Shown here: positions 1-9,782 of the stretch, one piece after another | Layout of the letters: each line of letters starts with the position of its first letter | Numbering within the stretch: position 1 is the first letter of the stretch | Assembly: GCA_018262835.1 (NCBI GenBank) | Contig: JADFDP010000001.1 | Coordinates: 96,081-160,080, forward strand | Origin: Candidatus Aminicenantes bacterium | GTDB taxonomy: Bacteria; Acidobacteriota; Aminicenantia; UBA2199 | Direction of reading: 5' to 3' | Length of the DNA: 64,000 bases | Position numbers and translations under genes: made by a program | The notes under the pieces: model-generated | Databases searched by the model: none | What the model saw: the letters and a program-made list of their open reading frames with translations, nothing else | Told to the model about the DNA's origin: nothing

Positions 1-1
1 T

Positions 2-769
2 GGTGACGAAGCGTCGCTGGCGCAGATCGGCAAGAAGGATATCCAGTCATTTTTCCGCAGCCACTATGTGTCCGGGAATATGGCAGCCGTCGTCATCAGC
101 GACCTGGACGAGGAAATCATCAAGCCGCTGATCGCCGCCAGTCTCGGTTCGTTGCCCGCCGGCCCGGGGCTGCCATGCCGGCCGGTTGCTGCGCGCAAGC
201 CCGAATTGCCGCGCTTGACGGCGGAACGCCAATCGGAGCAAACGCATATTTCCATCTCCGTCCTGCTGCCGGGGCTTACTGCGGATGGCTTCGTACTGGC
301 GCGGCTGCTGGAAACCTGGTTGGGCAAGGGCATCGGCAGCCGCCTCTGGCCTTTGCGCGGCCGCGCGGACCTGACCTACGGGGTGAACGCCGAATTGTCG
401 CCCAACAGGGAAGGGATGCTGCTGAGCGTGTATATGCGAACCGACAGCGACCGGAGCGGCGAAGCGCAGGCGGAGCTGGCGCAGCTCCTGCGAGCCGTTC
501 ATGAAAACGGCATCGGCGCCGCCGAATTGGCCGCCGCCAAAGCGTATGCCCGGGCCGATTTCTGGCGCGAGAACGAATCCCGCGAGCGCCGTGCCGCCAC
601 CCTGGCCTTTCTGGAGGGCAGCGGGCTTTCCTATCGCCTGGCCGGCGATTTCAGCGAACGGCTGGAAAAAATCGGCCTGGAGGAATTCAACGCCTTCATC
701 CGCGAGTGGCTGGCTCCCGAACGCTGGGTCACCCTGCTGATCGGACCGCCAGATAAATTGGCGGAGTGA
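2..769 (+). CDS. M16 (pitrilysin/insulinase) family zinc peptidase, C-terminal part; 5' end outside the window
   Basis: The frame is open from base 2 (GDEASLAQIGKKDIQSFFRSHYVSGNMAAVVISDLDEE...). It runs into tracked ORF 68..769, whose first codon is an internal GTG. The pattern is typical of the non-catalytic Peptidase_M16_C half. Confidence 0.7.
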   Translation, partial: GDEASLAQIGKKDIQSFFRSHYVSGNMAAVVISDLDEEIIKPLIAASLGSLPAGPGLPCRPVAARKPELPRLTAERQSEQTHISISVLLPGLTADGFVLARLLETWLGKGIGSRLWPLRGRADLTYGVNAELSPNREGMLLSVYMRTDSDRSGEAQAELAQLLRAVHENGIGAAELAAAKAYARADFWRENESRERRAATLAFLEGSGLSYRLAGDFSERLEKIGLEEFNAFIREWLAPERWVTLLIGPPDKLAE

Positions 770-835
770 TGGCTGTGATTTACGGGTAGGATAACCGTTC
801 CGGGATCCGTATTCGCACTTCAGCGAGAAAGCACC

Positions 836-985
836 AAGCACCAAATCCCAAATTCCAAACAAATCTCAAATTCCAATCACCCAATGACCGAAACCAAGGC
901 GTTTGCGGTTTCTTTTCTTCGTTTTGGTCATTTGGACATTGGTATTTGGAACTTATTTGGAATTTGGTGCTTGGGATTTGCAATT
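836..985. repeat. Long imperfect inverted repeat (about 60-nt arms) built from degenerate CCAAAT/ATTTGG units
   Basis: Left arm 836-894 (..caccaaatcccaaattccaaacaaatctcaaattccaatcacccaatgaccgaaac) is roughly complementary to right arm 921-981 (gttttggtcatttggacattggtatttggaacttatttggaatttggtgcttgggatttgc). The innermost 11 nt pair 10/11. Confidence 0.6.
890..925 (+). terminator. Putative intrinsic terminator at the tip of the long hairpin, downstream of the M16 peptidase gene
   Basis: The stem gaaaccaa / tttgcggtttc has one bulge and loop ggcg, and is followed by ttttcttcgtttt. Confidence 0.4.
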
Positions 986-1041
986 TTTCTGCAACGCCGT
1001 CTCCGGCTTGCAATTTGGGCCTGGAAATTGTATAAATAAGG

Positions 1042-2448
1042 ATGGCCATTAAATTCTACTCCCACGGCGCCTGCCAGGAAGTCACCGGGTCCAAGCATTT
1101 TCTCGATATCGACGGCCGGCTGCTGCAAATCGATTGCGGCATGTTCCAGGGCCGGCGCGACGAATCCTACCAGAAGAACCGGCAGTTGCCGTTCGACGCC
1201 AAGGCAGTGCTGTCCCTCATCCTGACCCACGCCCATTTTGACCATTCGGGCGCCCTGCCGATCCTGGTCAAGAAAGGGTTCAAAGGCAACATCCATGCCA
1301 CGTCCGCCACCCGTGACATCGCCCAGATCATCCTGCTGGACAGCGCCCATATTCAGCAGAAGGACTACGAGATCATCCAGGAGAAGGCGGCCAAGCACCC
1401 TGAAAGGAAGCTCACGGCCTATGAGCCCCTGTACAGCGTCGAAGAGGCCGTCCAGCCCCTGAGGCATTTTGTCACCACGGACTACCATCGCCCGTTCCTC
1501 CCCCTGGATGGCGTGACGGCCGAATTCTTCGATGCCGGCCACATCCTGGGCGCGGCCATGGTGCACCTGGCCGTCGGCGGCCATCTGAACATCGGCTTCA
1601 GCGGCGATCTCGGACGCCCGGGCCTGCCCATTATCCGCGATCCCGAAATCATGCCGCCCATGGACTACCTGGTGCTGGAATCAACCTACGGCAACCGGCT
1701 GCACAAGTCGATCGGCCTGGCCGGTGAGGAATTGGCCGATATCATTCATAAGGCCCATTCCAGGCGCAGCAAGATCATCATCCCCGCTTTCACCATCGAG
1801 CGCACCCAGGAGCTGATCTACCTCATCCATGTTCTGCAACAGGAGGGCAAGGTACCCGCCCTGCCCATCTTCATCGACTCGCCGATGGCGGTCAACGCCA
1901 CCGCCATCTTCAAGATCCACCCCGAGTGCTTTGACGAGGAGACCATCCGCCGCTTCATCGGCGTCAATGTCGACCCCTTCGGCTTCGAGAACATCCGCTA
2001 CGTGGTCTCCACGGCCCAGTCCAAGGAGATCAACGCCTTCCCGGGACCGGCCATCATCATTTCCGCCAGCGGCATGGCCGAGTCGGGCCGCGTCCTGCAC
2101 CACCTGATCCGCCACATCGAGAACCCGGCCAACATCATCGCCATCGTTGGTTTCATGGCTGAACACACCCTGGGCCGCCGGCTGGCCGAGCGGTCCAAAG
2201 AGGTCAAGATCTTCGGCAAGCCCTTCCAGGTGAAGGCCGAGATCGCCACCCTGAACGCTTTTTCGGCGCATGCCGACTACGCCGAGACCTGCGCCTGGCT
2301 GAAGCGCCACGACCTGAAGCGACTCAAGAAAATTTTCCTGGTGCACGGCGAGGACGCGGCGCTGCAAAACCTGCAGCGCGAGCTGCTGGGCATCGGCATT
2401 CCCCAGGTCGAGATCGTCCGCTATGGCGGCTCGTACGAATTGAATTAA
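1042..2448 (+). CDS. MBL-fold metallo-hydrolase of the beta-CASP RNA-processing family (RNase J / CPSF-like)
   Basis: ATG start. It has the HxHxDH motif (THAHFDHSGALP), a beta-CASP-type length (468 aa) and the conserved N-terminal GACQEVTGSKHFL. Confidence 0.85.
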   Translation: MAIKFYSHGACQEVTGSKHFLDIDGRLLQIDCGMFQGRRDESYQKNRQLPFDAKAVLSLILTHAHFDHSGALPILVKKGFKGNIHATSATRDIAQIILLDSAHIQQKDYEIIQEKAAKHPERKLTAYEPLYSVEEAVQPLRHFVTTDYHRPFLPLDGVTAEFFDAGHILGAAMVHLAVGGHLNIGFSGDLGRPGLPIIRDPEIMPPMDYLVLESTYGNRLHKSIGLAGEELADIIHKAHSRRSKIIIPAFTIERTQELIYLIHVLQQEGKVPALPIFIDSPMAVNATAIFKIHPECFDEETIRRFIGVNVDPFGFENIRYVVSTAQSKEINAFPGPAIIISASGMAESGRVLHHLIRHIENPANIIAIVGFMAEHTLGRRLAERSKEVKIFGKPFQVKAEIATLNAFSAHADYAETCAWLKRHDLKRLKKIFLVHGEDAALQNLQRELLGIGIPQVEIVRYGGSYELN

Positions 2449-2467
2449 AAAAGCAGGCCGCGCGGCA

Positions 2468-3004
2468 ATGGAAATACTCAATTTTAACGGCATCTCCTGC
2501 CAGGTGGTGCGCCATAACCGGCGGCGGGTGCGCATCGCTTTCCGCAGCGGGTGCCTGCAGATCATCCTGCCCCGCCACCTCGACCCGCTGTCGATCATGG
2601 ACCGGCACAGGCAATGGATACTGGCAAAGCATGAATGGTTCCAGCGGCAGCGCCTCCTGGCCGAACAATTGGAACTCGTCCATCGTGCAAACGGAGAATT
2701 TTTGAGCCTGGTTCGGGAAATGAGCCGGCGCTATGCCGGGATTCTGGCGGTGCGGCCGTCAGGGATCGGTTTCCGCAAGATGAAAAGCAAGTGGGGAAGC
2801 TGCAGCGCCAAAGGCAAGATTTCTTTGAACACCTGGCTGCAAGTGCTGCCCGAAGAATTGATCGCTTTCATTGTCTTTCATGAGCTGGTCCACTTGCAAG
2901 TACGCAACCACGGCCCGGGGTTCAAGGCCCTGATCCGCGCTGAGTTCCCCCACCACCGCGATCTGGACAAGAAATTGCGTCTCTACGGCCTGAAAATCCT
3001 TTAA
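2468..3004 (+). CDS. YgjP-like (DUF45 / M48-related) metal-dependent hydrolase
   Basis: WGSCSAKGKISLNTWL is followed by the HExxH motif (VFHELVHLQVRNHGPGF), which is characteristic of the YgjP family. Confidence 0.8.
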   Translation: MEILNFNGISCQVVRHNRRRVRIAFRSGCLQIILPRHLDPLSIMDRHRQWILAKHEWFQRQRLLAEQLELVHRANGEFLSLVREMSRRYAGILAVRPSGIGFRKMKSKWGSCSAKGKISLNTWLQVLPEELIAFIVFHELVHLQVRNHGPGFKALIRAEFPHHRDLDKKLRLYGLKIL

Positions 3005-3054
3005 GAACCGCATCAGCTTGACAATATCCGGGCGAGTCGCTATACTTTTTGCCA

Positions 3055-5328
3055 ATGGCAAAGGTGAAAAAAGAAAATTTCGACGATAAAGAACTGTCCC
3101 TGAAAAACGAAATTTTCGGCATTTTTGCCCTGTTTTTCTCCTTTTTCCTGATCTTCAGCCTGGTCAGCTTTACGCCGCTGGATCCCAGCTTTTTCAATTC
3201 CGCCCATGGCCGCATTGTGCACAATTTCGGCGGCCGGGTGGGGGCGGAACTGGCGACGCTGCTGTTCAACCTGTTCGGATTCGCCTCGCTGCTGTTCATC
3301 ATTATATTTCTGTTCTTGACCGCATTTTTTCTTTTTAACCGCCGCATCGGCAGGGCGGTCAGCAAGGGCATCGGTTTTTTCATCCTGCTGGTCTCTCTGG
3401 CGGCATTTCTGGCCAACGTCAAGCCCTGGATCGCCGTGGCCGGGCAGCCGGTCCATTCGGGCGGCATGGCCGGCATGCTGCTCAATAATTTTTTAAGCGC
3501 CCAGATCAAGAGCGGTTTCGCTGCGGCGTTTTTCCTTTCGCTGCTGGGCATTTCCCTGGTGCTCATCGCCAAGATTTCGATAAAGAATATTTTCATTTTC
3601 CTGGCGCGTCTCCTGAAAAAGGTTGCCGTTCTTCTGGCGCTTTTTTTCCAAAAACGGCTGGAAAGCATCCGCAGAAACAGGAACCGCAAAAAAGTCCAGC
3701 AAAAATACGACGCGGCCGAAGGGAATTTTGTTTTCAAAGGCCGGCAGCCGCTGAAGCAAAGGGAAAACGAAGTCGTTTTGCATCCGGAAAAGAAAGCGCT
3801 GGTAAAAAAACCCAGCAAATTTCCCGAGGAAACCGGGATCTTCCCGGAATTGGAACAGGAGTTTCAGCCCGACGCCCAGTATCAGCCCCCCCCGCTGACC
3901 TATCTGGATGCTCCCAGCCGAAAAAGCCAGATCGACATCGACGAATTGGAAGAAAAGAAATTGGAACTGTCGCAGCGGCTGCAGGAATTCAAGATCAACG
4001 GCGAAATTGCCGAATACACTCCCGGGCCGGTCATTACCACATTTGAATTCGTCCCCGATGTCGGCGTCAAGGTCAAGGACGTGTCCAGCCTGACCGAGGA
4101 CCTGGCCCTGGTGGTCAAAGCCCAGTATGTCCGTATCGAGCGCATTTTGGGCAAAAAGGCCATCGGCATCGAGATCCCCAACAAGAAGCGCGAGACCATT
4201 CACCTGCGAGAATTGCTGGAGACCGCCCAATATCAGCATTCCAGCTCGCCGCTGACCCTGGCCCTGGGCAAGACCGCCAGCGGCGACATTTTCATTTCCG
4301 ATTTGAAGGAAATGCCCCATTTGCTGATCGCCGGCGCCACCGGCAGCGGCAAGAGCGTGGCCATCCACTCCATCATCCTGAGCGTTCTGTACAAGTCCTC
4401 GCCCAAGACCGTGAAATTCATCATGATCGACCCCAAGCGCATCGAACTGGCCATTTACAATGCCTTGCCGCACCTGCTTACACCGGTGGTGGTCAATCCC
4501 AAACTGGCCAAGAACGCCTTGGACTGGGCGGTTTTTGAAATGGAGAACCGTTATAAAAAATTGGCCACGCTGCAGGTGCGCAACATCGAGCAGTACAACA
4601 AGAAGCTGGAAATGCTCATCCAGTCGGAAGACGAAGAGCTGGAGCAGCTGGAGGACAAGGAGCCCATTCCCTATATCGTGATCATCATCGATGAATTGGC
4701 CGATCTGATGATGGTTTCGGCCAGGGAGATCGAGGATGATATCCTGCGGCTGGCCCAGAAGGCCCGGGCCATCGGCATTCATCTGATCCTGGCCACCCAG
4801 CGTCCTTCCATCGATGTCATCACCGGCAGCATCAAGAACAATTTTCCCTCGCGCATCGCGTTGGCCGTTCCGTCCAAGTACGATTCGCGGACGATCATCG
4901 ACCAGATCGGGGCGGAAAAGCTTCTGGGCAACGGCGATATGCTGTTCCTGCCTCCCAAGACCGCGTCTCTGATCCGCCTGCATTCGGCTTACGTTTCGGA
5001 ACCGGAGACCGTGCGCGTGGTCAATTTTCTGTCCAAGCAGGCCAAGCCCGAGTTCAACACCCAGATCATCAAGCATTCCGCCAGAAAGGAAGAAGCAAGC
5101 GAAGACCAGATCATGGACGAATTGTTTTTCGAGGCCGCGGAAACCATCATCAGCACCGGGCAGGCGTCGGCTTCCTACCTGCAGAGAAAAATGAGCGTGG
5201 GCTATGCCCGCGCCGGCCGGCTGATCGACCAGCTGCAGGAAAAAGGGGTCATCTCGCCGCCCAACAGCAGGAACCAGCGGGAAATTCTGATGACTTTCGA
5301 CGACTTGAAAAATATTAAAAAAGAATGA
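3055..5328 (+). CDS. ftsK: DNA translocase FtsK/SpoIIIE
   Basis: It has N-terminal multi-TM segments, a linker, a motor domain with Walker A GATGSGKS and Walker B IVIIIDELADL, and a C-terminal gamma winged-helix (SYLQRKMSVGYARAGRLIDQL). The tracked ORF starts at TTG 3049 and the first ATG is at 3055, so the start is uncertain. Confidence 0.95.
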   Translation: MAKVKKENFDDKELSLKNEIFGIFALFFSFFLIFSLVSFTPLDPSFFNSAHGRIVHNFGGRVGAELATLLFNLFGFASLLFIIIFLFLTAFFLFNRRIGRAVSKGIGFFILLVSLAAFLANVKPWIAVAGQPVHSGGMAGMLLNNFLSAQIKSGFAAAFFLSLLGISLVLIAKISIKNIFIFLARLLKKVAVLLALFFQKRLESIRRNRNRKKVQQKYDAAEGNFVFKGRQPLKQRENEVVLHPEKKALVKKPSKFPEETGIFPELEQEFQPDAQYQPPPLTYLDAPSRKSQIDIDELEEKKLELSQRLQEFKINGEIAEYTPGPVITTFEFVPDVGVKVKDVSSLTEDLALVVKAQYVRIERILGKKAIGIEIPNKKRETIHLRELLETAQYQHSSSPLTLALGKTASGDIFISDLKEMPHLLIAGATGSGKSVAIHSIILSVLYKSSPKTVKFIMIDPKRIELAIYNALPHLLTPVVVNPKLAKNALDWAVFEMENRYKKLATLQVRNIEQYNKKLEMLIQSEDEELEQLEDKEPIPYIVIIIDELADLMMVSAREIEDDILRLAQKARAIGIHLILATQRPSIDVITGSIKNNFPSRIALAVPSKYDSRTIIDQIGAEKLLGNGDMLFLPPKTASLIRLHSAYVSEPETVRVVNFLSKQAKPEFNTQIIKHSARKEEASEDQIMDELFFEAAETIISTGQASASYLQRKMSVGYARAGRLIDQLQEKGVISPPNSRNQREILMTFDDLKNIKKE

Positions 5329-5339
5329 CCCGGAGGCGG

Positions 5340-6407
5340 TTATTCCAGGAATTTAACCTGGAAGATGAAATTCTGCAGGGAGATGCGCGCCGACTCCTCG
5401 CCGCTGGTCTTTGATTCGTAGTCGAGCCGGTAGATCAACTTGAGCACTTCTTGGATCTTGAAATCAGGAAAATTCCTGACCAGGGCGATGAATTTGTTCA
5501 GGATGAACTGGGGCTGCTGCAATACCTTGCCGATGTCGGCAGTGGAAAAATGATGCTTCATGAGGAATTTGGCCGTGTATATTTTGTGATAATATGAGAT
5601 CAGGGTGCCGATGATGAAGCTGGGCTTGATGCCATTGATGAACAGGTACTTCAAAATGTCCAGGTAGACGGCGGCGTCCTCCCTTTCGATGGCTTCGGTC
5701 AGGTCCCAGATGGAATGGGAATTGATGCCGGTGATCAGCTCGTCCACGTCCTCGCTGTCGACATTCTGGCTCTTGGCGGCTGCCGCTTCCAGCTTGGGCA
5801 GCTGGTGGATGATGGAGACGAAATCGTCGGCCATGATCTCCTGGATCCTTTCGATGGCCCCGACCGTGATGGTAATCTTCCTTTCCTTCATGTACTGCTT
5901 GATGAAGTTTTTGATCTCCGCTTCACCGCTGCGGTCCAGATCGATGCAAACCGTTTGCGGGGATTCAAAGTTCTCCTTTAATTTGCCGATCTTGTCTTTT
6001 TTCAGCTGCCTGTAGTCGTCACGGCTCAGGTCCAGGGAAACAAAGACGATCAGGGTGGTGTGCGGATTGGGCTTTTGCAGGTAATGGGCTACGGCTTTTT
6101 TGGCGGCCGCGCTTAAGGAGATCTTTTTTTCGTCGCGGATGGCCACGGTGATGATCTTCTGGGAACTGATAAAAAAGCTGGAGCTATTGGCTTCGCTCAG
6201 TATCTCTTCCCAGCTGTTCTCCTCTTCGCTGTCGAAATAGTAGCGCTTGAAATTGAATTCGGTTCTGTGTTCGCCGAACACGCGGCCGATCTCGCTGATG
6301 ACGTATTCGCCCAGAAATTCATTGAAGCCATAGAGCAGGAGCAGGGGCGGGAATTGTTTTTCGGTCTGTATGCGGTTGACAAAACCGAAGAAAGTCGTCT
6401 CGGGCAT
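5340..6407 (-). CDS. holA: DNA polymerase III delta subunit
   Basis: It has the HolA-like N-terminus (PLLLLYGFNEFL) and length. It occupies the conserved leuS-lptE-holA position, and its ATG overlaps the lptE stop (ATGA). Confidence 0.75.
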   Translation of the reverse strand: MPETTFFGFVNRIQTEKQFPPLLLLYGFNEFLGEYVISEIGRVFGEHRTEFNFKRYYFDSEEENSWEEILSEANSSSFFISSQKIITVAIRDEKKISLSAAAKKAVAHYLQKPNPHTTLIVFVSLDLSRDDYRQLKKDKIGKLKENFESPQTVCIDLDRSGEAEIKNFIKQYMKERKITITVGAIERIQEIMADDFVSIIHQLPKLEAAAAKSQNVDSEDVDELITGINSHSIWDLTEAIEREDAAVYLDILKYLFINGIKPSFIIGTLISYYHKIYTAKFLMKHHFSTADIGKVLQQPQFILNKFIALVRNFPDFKIQEVLKLIYRLDYESKTSGEESARISLQNFIFQVKFLE

Positions 6408-6916
6408 CAGAAGTTTTCCAGGATGGCCGCGACAATGCTGGAAGCGAACTTTGCCGCAATTTTGACCAATGAATCCGTTTCCTGGGAAAAGAAATCGGCG
6501 CTGTCGGTTTCATAGGTTTCCCGGAAAGCCAAACCGGTTCCCTGATAAAACAAATCGTTCGTTCTCATATCGATCAGGCGCACATCGAGGGTGAGGCGCA
6601 CTTCATAGAAATTGGCCGCTCCCGATTCCGAATAGGAGATAGGGGCGGTGGCAAAGGCGGTGATCTTGCCTTCGAGAACCAGGTCGGCCGCGTTGGCCGA
6701 ATCGGCCAAACGCAGGCGGCTTCTGGCGATGAACTCGTCCCGGACCGCAAAACTGATGAACTGCTCGACCTGCAGGCGCGAGGTCTGGTTTTTGAAATTC
6801 GGGATGGCAATGGTTTGGGCCCCAGGCGGCAGGGTCTGCCCTCGTCCCGACAGGCGGTAGCCGCACTGGAGGTTCAGAATGGATATGGCGAGTAGCAGCC
6901 AGATCGCGTTTTTCAT
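6407..6916 (-). CDS. lptE: LPS-assembly lipoprotein LptE (RlpB)
   Basis: The signal peptide ends in a Cys followed by the LptE-type CGYRLSGRG. It sits between leuS and holA. I chose the start MKNAIWLLL (ATG 6914-6916) because it overlaps the leuS stop (ATGA). The tracked ORF extends to 7003 inside leuS. Confidence 0.65.
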   Translation of the reverse strand: MKNAIWLLLAISILNLQCGYRLSGRGQTLPPGAQTIAIPNFKNQTSRLQVEQFISFAVRDEFIARSRLRLADSANAADLVLEGKITAFATAPISYSESGAANFYEVRLTLDVRLIDMRTNDLFYQGTGLAFRETYETDSADFFSQETDSLVKIAAKFASSIVAAILENF

Positions 6917-9576
6917 TTGCAGACAATGCTGAGCATCTTGTTTTTGATAAAAATTATTTTTATGATCTGGCGACCTGCGAGCAACTGCTTGATTTTCCCG
7001 CATTTCATGGCCTCCTGCTTCACCGTTTCCTCGTCGCTATCGAGCGCGATGCGGATCTTGTCCTTGATCTTGCCGTTGACCTGGATCATGATGTTGACAT
7101 TTTCCTCGGCGATCAGCTCCGGATCGTACGCGGGCCAGGGCGCCCGGTAGACGGTAGCGGTCCCACCCAGCTGCTGCCAGAGCTCCTCGCCCAGATGGGG
7201 TGCGAAAGGGGCCAGCAAAAGGGTCAGGGTTTCGGCCAGCTCGGAAACGACGACCGGGTTGATGTTTTCCGGCAGCGCTTCCCTCTCCGGCGGCGCATAA
7301 GCATATATCTCATTTAAAAGCTCCATGATGGCGGCCACGGCCGTGTTGAACTGGAAGGTCTCGATCTGCGCCCCCACTTTGCGCACGGTCTGGTGCAGCT
7401 TGCGGCGCACGGCCCGTTCCGCCGGCCCCCATTGATCACCTGGCTTGATCGAATCTGCGGGGGCCGCGGAGTTACCAGCCGCCGGTGACATCTCAACGGG
7501 CAGGGCATCCCGCCATTCCCGCCGGAAGAGCGGCAGCGCGGCTTGCAGCCAGCGCCAGACGCGGGTGACGAAACGGTGCGAGCCGTGGATCCCCTCTTCG
7601 CTCCAGTGCACGTCATCCTCAAACGGCGCCACGAACATCTCATAGACGCGCAGTGAATCGGCGCCGAAACGTTCGGCCATGTCGTCCGGCGTGACGACAT
7701 TGCCTTTCGACTTGGACATGCGCGCCCAGCGCCAGACGATCTGGTCGGCGGGATACTGCTCGCGCTCGTCATGCTTGAGCACGATCCAATCGATGATCTT
7801 CTCGTCACCCGCGTTATTCTCCTCCTGCGGCCGTGGCCGGCGCCCCGGCGTCATGGCCAGCAGCGAACCCTGGTTGCGCAGCCTCAGGAAGGGCTCCTCG
7901 AAGCCCAGCAGCCCTTCGTCAAACAATACCTTCGTCCAGAAGCGGGCATAAAGCAGATGGGATCGGGCATGTTCGATCCCCCCGGTATATTGATCCACCG
8001 GCAACCAGTAGTCGAGGGCTGAACGTGAAGCAAAAAAATTATCGTTGCCGACGTCAGCAAAACGGAGAAAATACCAGGAAGAGCAGGCATAACCGCCCAT
8101 GGTATCCGTCTCGCGTCGGGCCGCGCCGCCGCACGTTGGGCAGACGGTCTCGACGAACGCGGGAATCGTGGCCAAGGGCGATTCGCCGGTGCCGGAGGGC
8201 TGGTAGTTCTCCACGTCGGGAAGCACGACCGGGAGCTGCGCTTCCGGGACCGGCACTTCACCGCACTTCGGGCAATGGATGATGGGAATCGGCGCTCCCC
8301 AATAGCGCTGCCGGGAAATCAGCCAATCGCGAAGGCGGTAGTGGATCATCGGGCGGCCAATCCCTTTTTCTTCCAGCCAGCGGCCGATCGCTTGCTTGAA
8401 TTCGGCCGTTGGCAAGCCATTCCATTTGCCGGAATTGACGGCAATTCCCTCTGTTGCTTCCGCGGACTCCAGATCGTAAGTGGAGCCATCCCGGCTGACC
8501 ACCTGCACGATGGGCAGGCTGAATTTCCTGGCGAATTCAAAATCACGGTTGTCGTGGCCCGGCACGCACATGATGGCGCCGGTGCCATAGTTCATCATTA
8601 CATAATCGGCGATCCAGACCGGGATTTTTTCTCCGTTGACCGGATTCACAGCATAAGCCCCGGTGAAAATGCCGGTCTTGGTCCGCGCCACATTAAGGCG
8701 GTCGATGTCTGACTCGCCCTGTGCCTTGCGGATGTAGTCCTGCACTTCGCTGCGCCGCTTCGCTGCGGTGAGGTGCGACACCAACGGGTGTTCCGGGGCC
8801 AATACGATGAAGGTAGCGCCGAACAGGGTATCCGGCCGGGTAGTGAAGACCCGGATGCTCTGCTTTTTGCCGGCCACGGCGAAATCCACCTCGGCCCCCT
8901 CGCTGCGGCCGATCCAGTCCCGCTGCATCTCCTTCATCCCCTCGGACCAGTCGAGCTTTTCCAGGTCGGCCAGCAGCCGATCGGCGTAAGCGGTTATGCG
9001 GAAAAACCATTGCGGCATCGGCTTCTTCTCAACCGGAGAATCGCATCGCCAGCAGCGGCCTTCCTTGACCTCCTCGTTGGCCAGGCCGGTCTTGCAGGAA
9101 GGGCACCAGTTGATGGGGGACGTGGCCCGATAGGCCAGCCCCCTGCGGTGGAGCAGCAGGAAGATCCACTGGGTCCATTTGTAATATCCGGGCAGGCTGG
9201 AATTGATTTCGCGCTCCCAGTCATAAGAGCAGCCGGCTTTGATCAGGGTTTCGCGGTAAGTGGCGGCGTACTCGGGCACCATCTCGCGCGGATTGCGGCC
9301 GCGCCGAATGGCCTCGTTCTCGGCCGGTTGGCCGAAGGCGTCCCAGCCCATGGGGTGCAGCACATTGTAACCTTGCATGCTCTTGAAGCGGCAGAACGTG
9401 TCGGTAGGCACATAATTCTTGAGATGGCCGACGTGGAGACCGGAGCCGGAAGGGTAGGGAAACATTTCCAGGCAGTAATATTTTTTCTTGCTTTCTTCGA
9501 GAAGAGTCCGGAAGGTGTGATTTTCCTGCCAGATCCGCTGCCACTTGGCCTCGATTTCCTTGAAGTTGTAGTTCAT
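6913..9576 (-). CDS. leuS: Leucine--tRNA ligase
   Basis: It has the class I HIGH motif (SGSGLHVGHLKNY), the KMSKS motif (RMSKSKGNV) and the CP1 editing domain. The start is set at MNYNFKEIEAKWQ (ATG 9574-9576), not at the tracked upstream extension. Confidence 0.97.
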   Translation of the reverse strand: MNYNFKEIEAKWQRIWQENHTFRTLLEESKKKYYCLEMFPYPSGSGLHVGHLKNYVPTDTFCRFKSMQGYNVLHPMGWDAFGQPAENEAIRRGRNPREMVPEYAATYRETLIKAGCSYDWEREINSSLPGYYKWTQWIFLLLHRRGLAYRATSPINWCPSCKTGLANEEVKEGRCWRCDSPVEKKPMPQWFFRITAYADRLLADLEKLDWSEGMKEMQRDWIGRSEGAEVDFAVAGKKQSIRVFTTRPDTLFGATFIVLAPEHPLVSHLTAAKRRSEVQDYIRKAQGESDIDRLNVARTKTGIFTGAYAVNPVNGEKIPVWIADYVMMNYGTGAIMCVPGHDNRDFEFARKFSLPIVQVVSRDGSTYDLESAEATEGIAVNSGKWNGLPTAEFKQAIGRWLEEKGIGRPMIHYRLRDWLISRQRYWGAPIPIIHCPKCGEVPVPEAQLPVVLPDVENYQPSGTGESPLATIPAFVETVCPTCGGAARRETDTMGGYACSSWYFLRFADVGNDNFFASRSALDYWLPVDQYTGGIEHARSHLLYARFWTKVLFDEGLLGFEEPFLRLRNQGSLLAMTPGRRPRPQEENNAGDEKIIDWIVLKHDEREQYPADQIVWRWARMSKSKGNVVTPDDMAERFGADSLRVYEMFVAPFEDDVHWSEEGIHGSHRFVTRVWRWLQAALPLFRREWRDALPVEMSPAAGNSAAPADSIKPGDQWGPAERAVRRKLHQTVRKVGAQIETFQFNTAVAAIMELLNEIYAYAPPEREALPENINPVVVSELAETLTLLLAPFAPHLGEELWQQLGGTATVYRAPWPAYDPELIAEENVNIMIQVNGKIKDKIRIALDSDEETVKQEAMKCGKIKQLLAGRQIIKIIFIKNKMLSIVCK

Positions 9577-9606
9577 TGCTTTTCCTTGACCGCTTGTCGA
9601 TTTTTT

Positions 9607-9635
9607 ATTATACTCGAAAACAGCCGGCGGGACAA
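9607..9635 (-). promoter_or_regulatory. Putative sigma70-type promoter of leuS
   Basis: On the minus strand it reads TTGTCC, a 17-nt spacer, then TATAAT, about 30 nt upstream of the leuS ATG. AAGGAAAAG lies in between as an RBS. Confidence 0.4.
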
Positions 9636-9782
9636 CGACGGCCGAGCATTTTTTCATACCAGCTCCGGATGATCGCGGTTTGAACCAAAAGCGATCCTTT
9701 GCGTATAAATGTTTCCAGGACTGGGGATGAAGAATTTGCTGGACGGCGAGATCATCAAGAAAGAAAAGTCCGGGAGGGCAAA

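Noticed and set aside
780-1049. 89-aa minus-strand ORF spanning the intergenic hairpin
   Set aside because: Its sequence is dictated by the inverted repeat, giving low-complexity repetitive peptide (KFQISSKYQ / WNLRFVWNLGFG). It has no RBS and is better explained as a non-coding structured element.
3493-5076. 527-aa minus-strand ORF. Similar long antisense ORFs occur at 1681..2598, 8773..9672, 16575..17723, 22111..23289, 36505..37755, 52897..53808 and 57369..58493.
   Set aside because: Each is fully nested antisense to a gene with strong family signatures (FtsK, beta-CASP, LeuS, the lipoprotein, EtfAB, the giant protein, the carboxyltransferase, GT2). All show the same low-complexity shadow composition.
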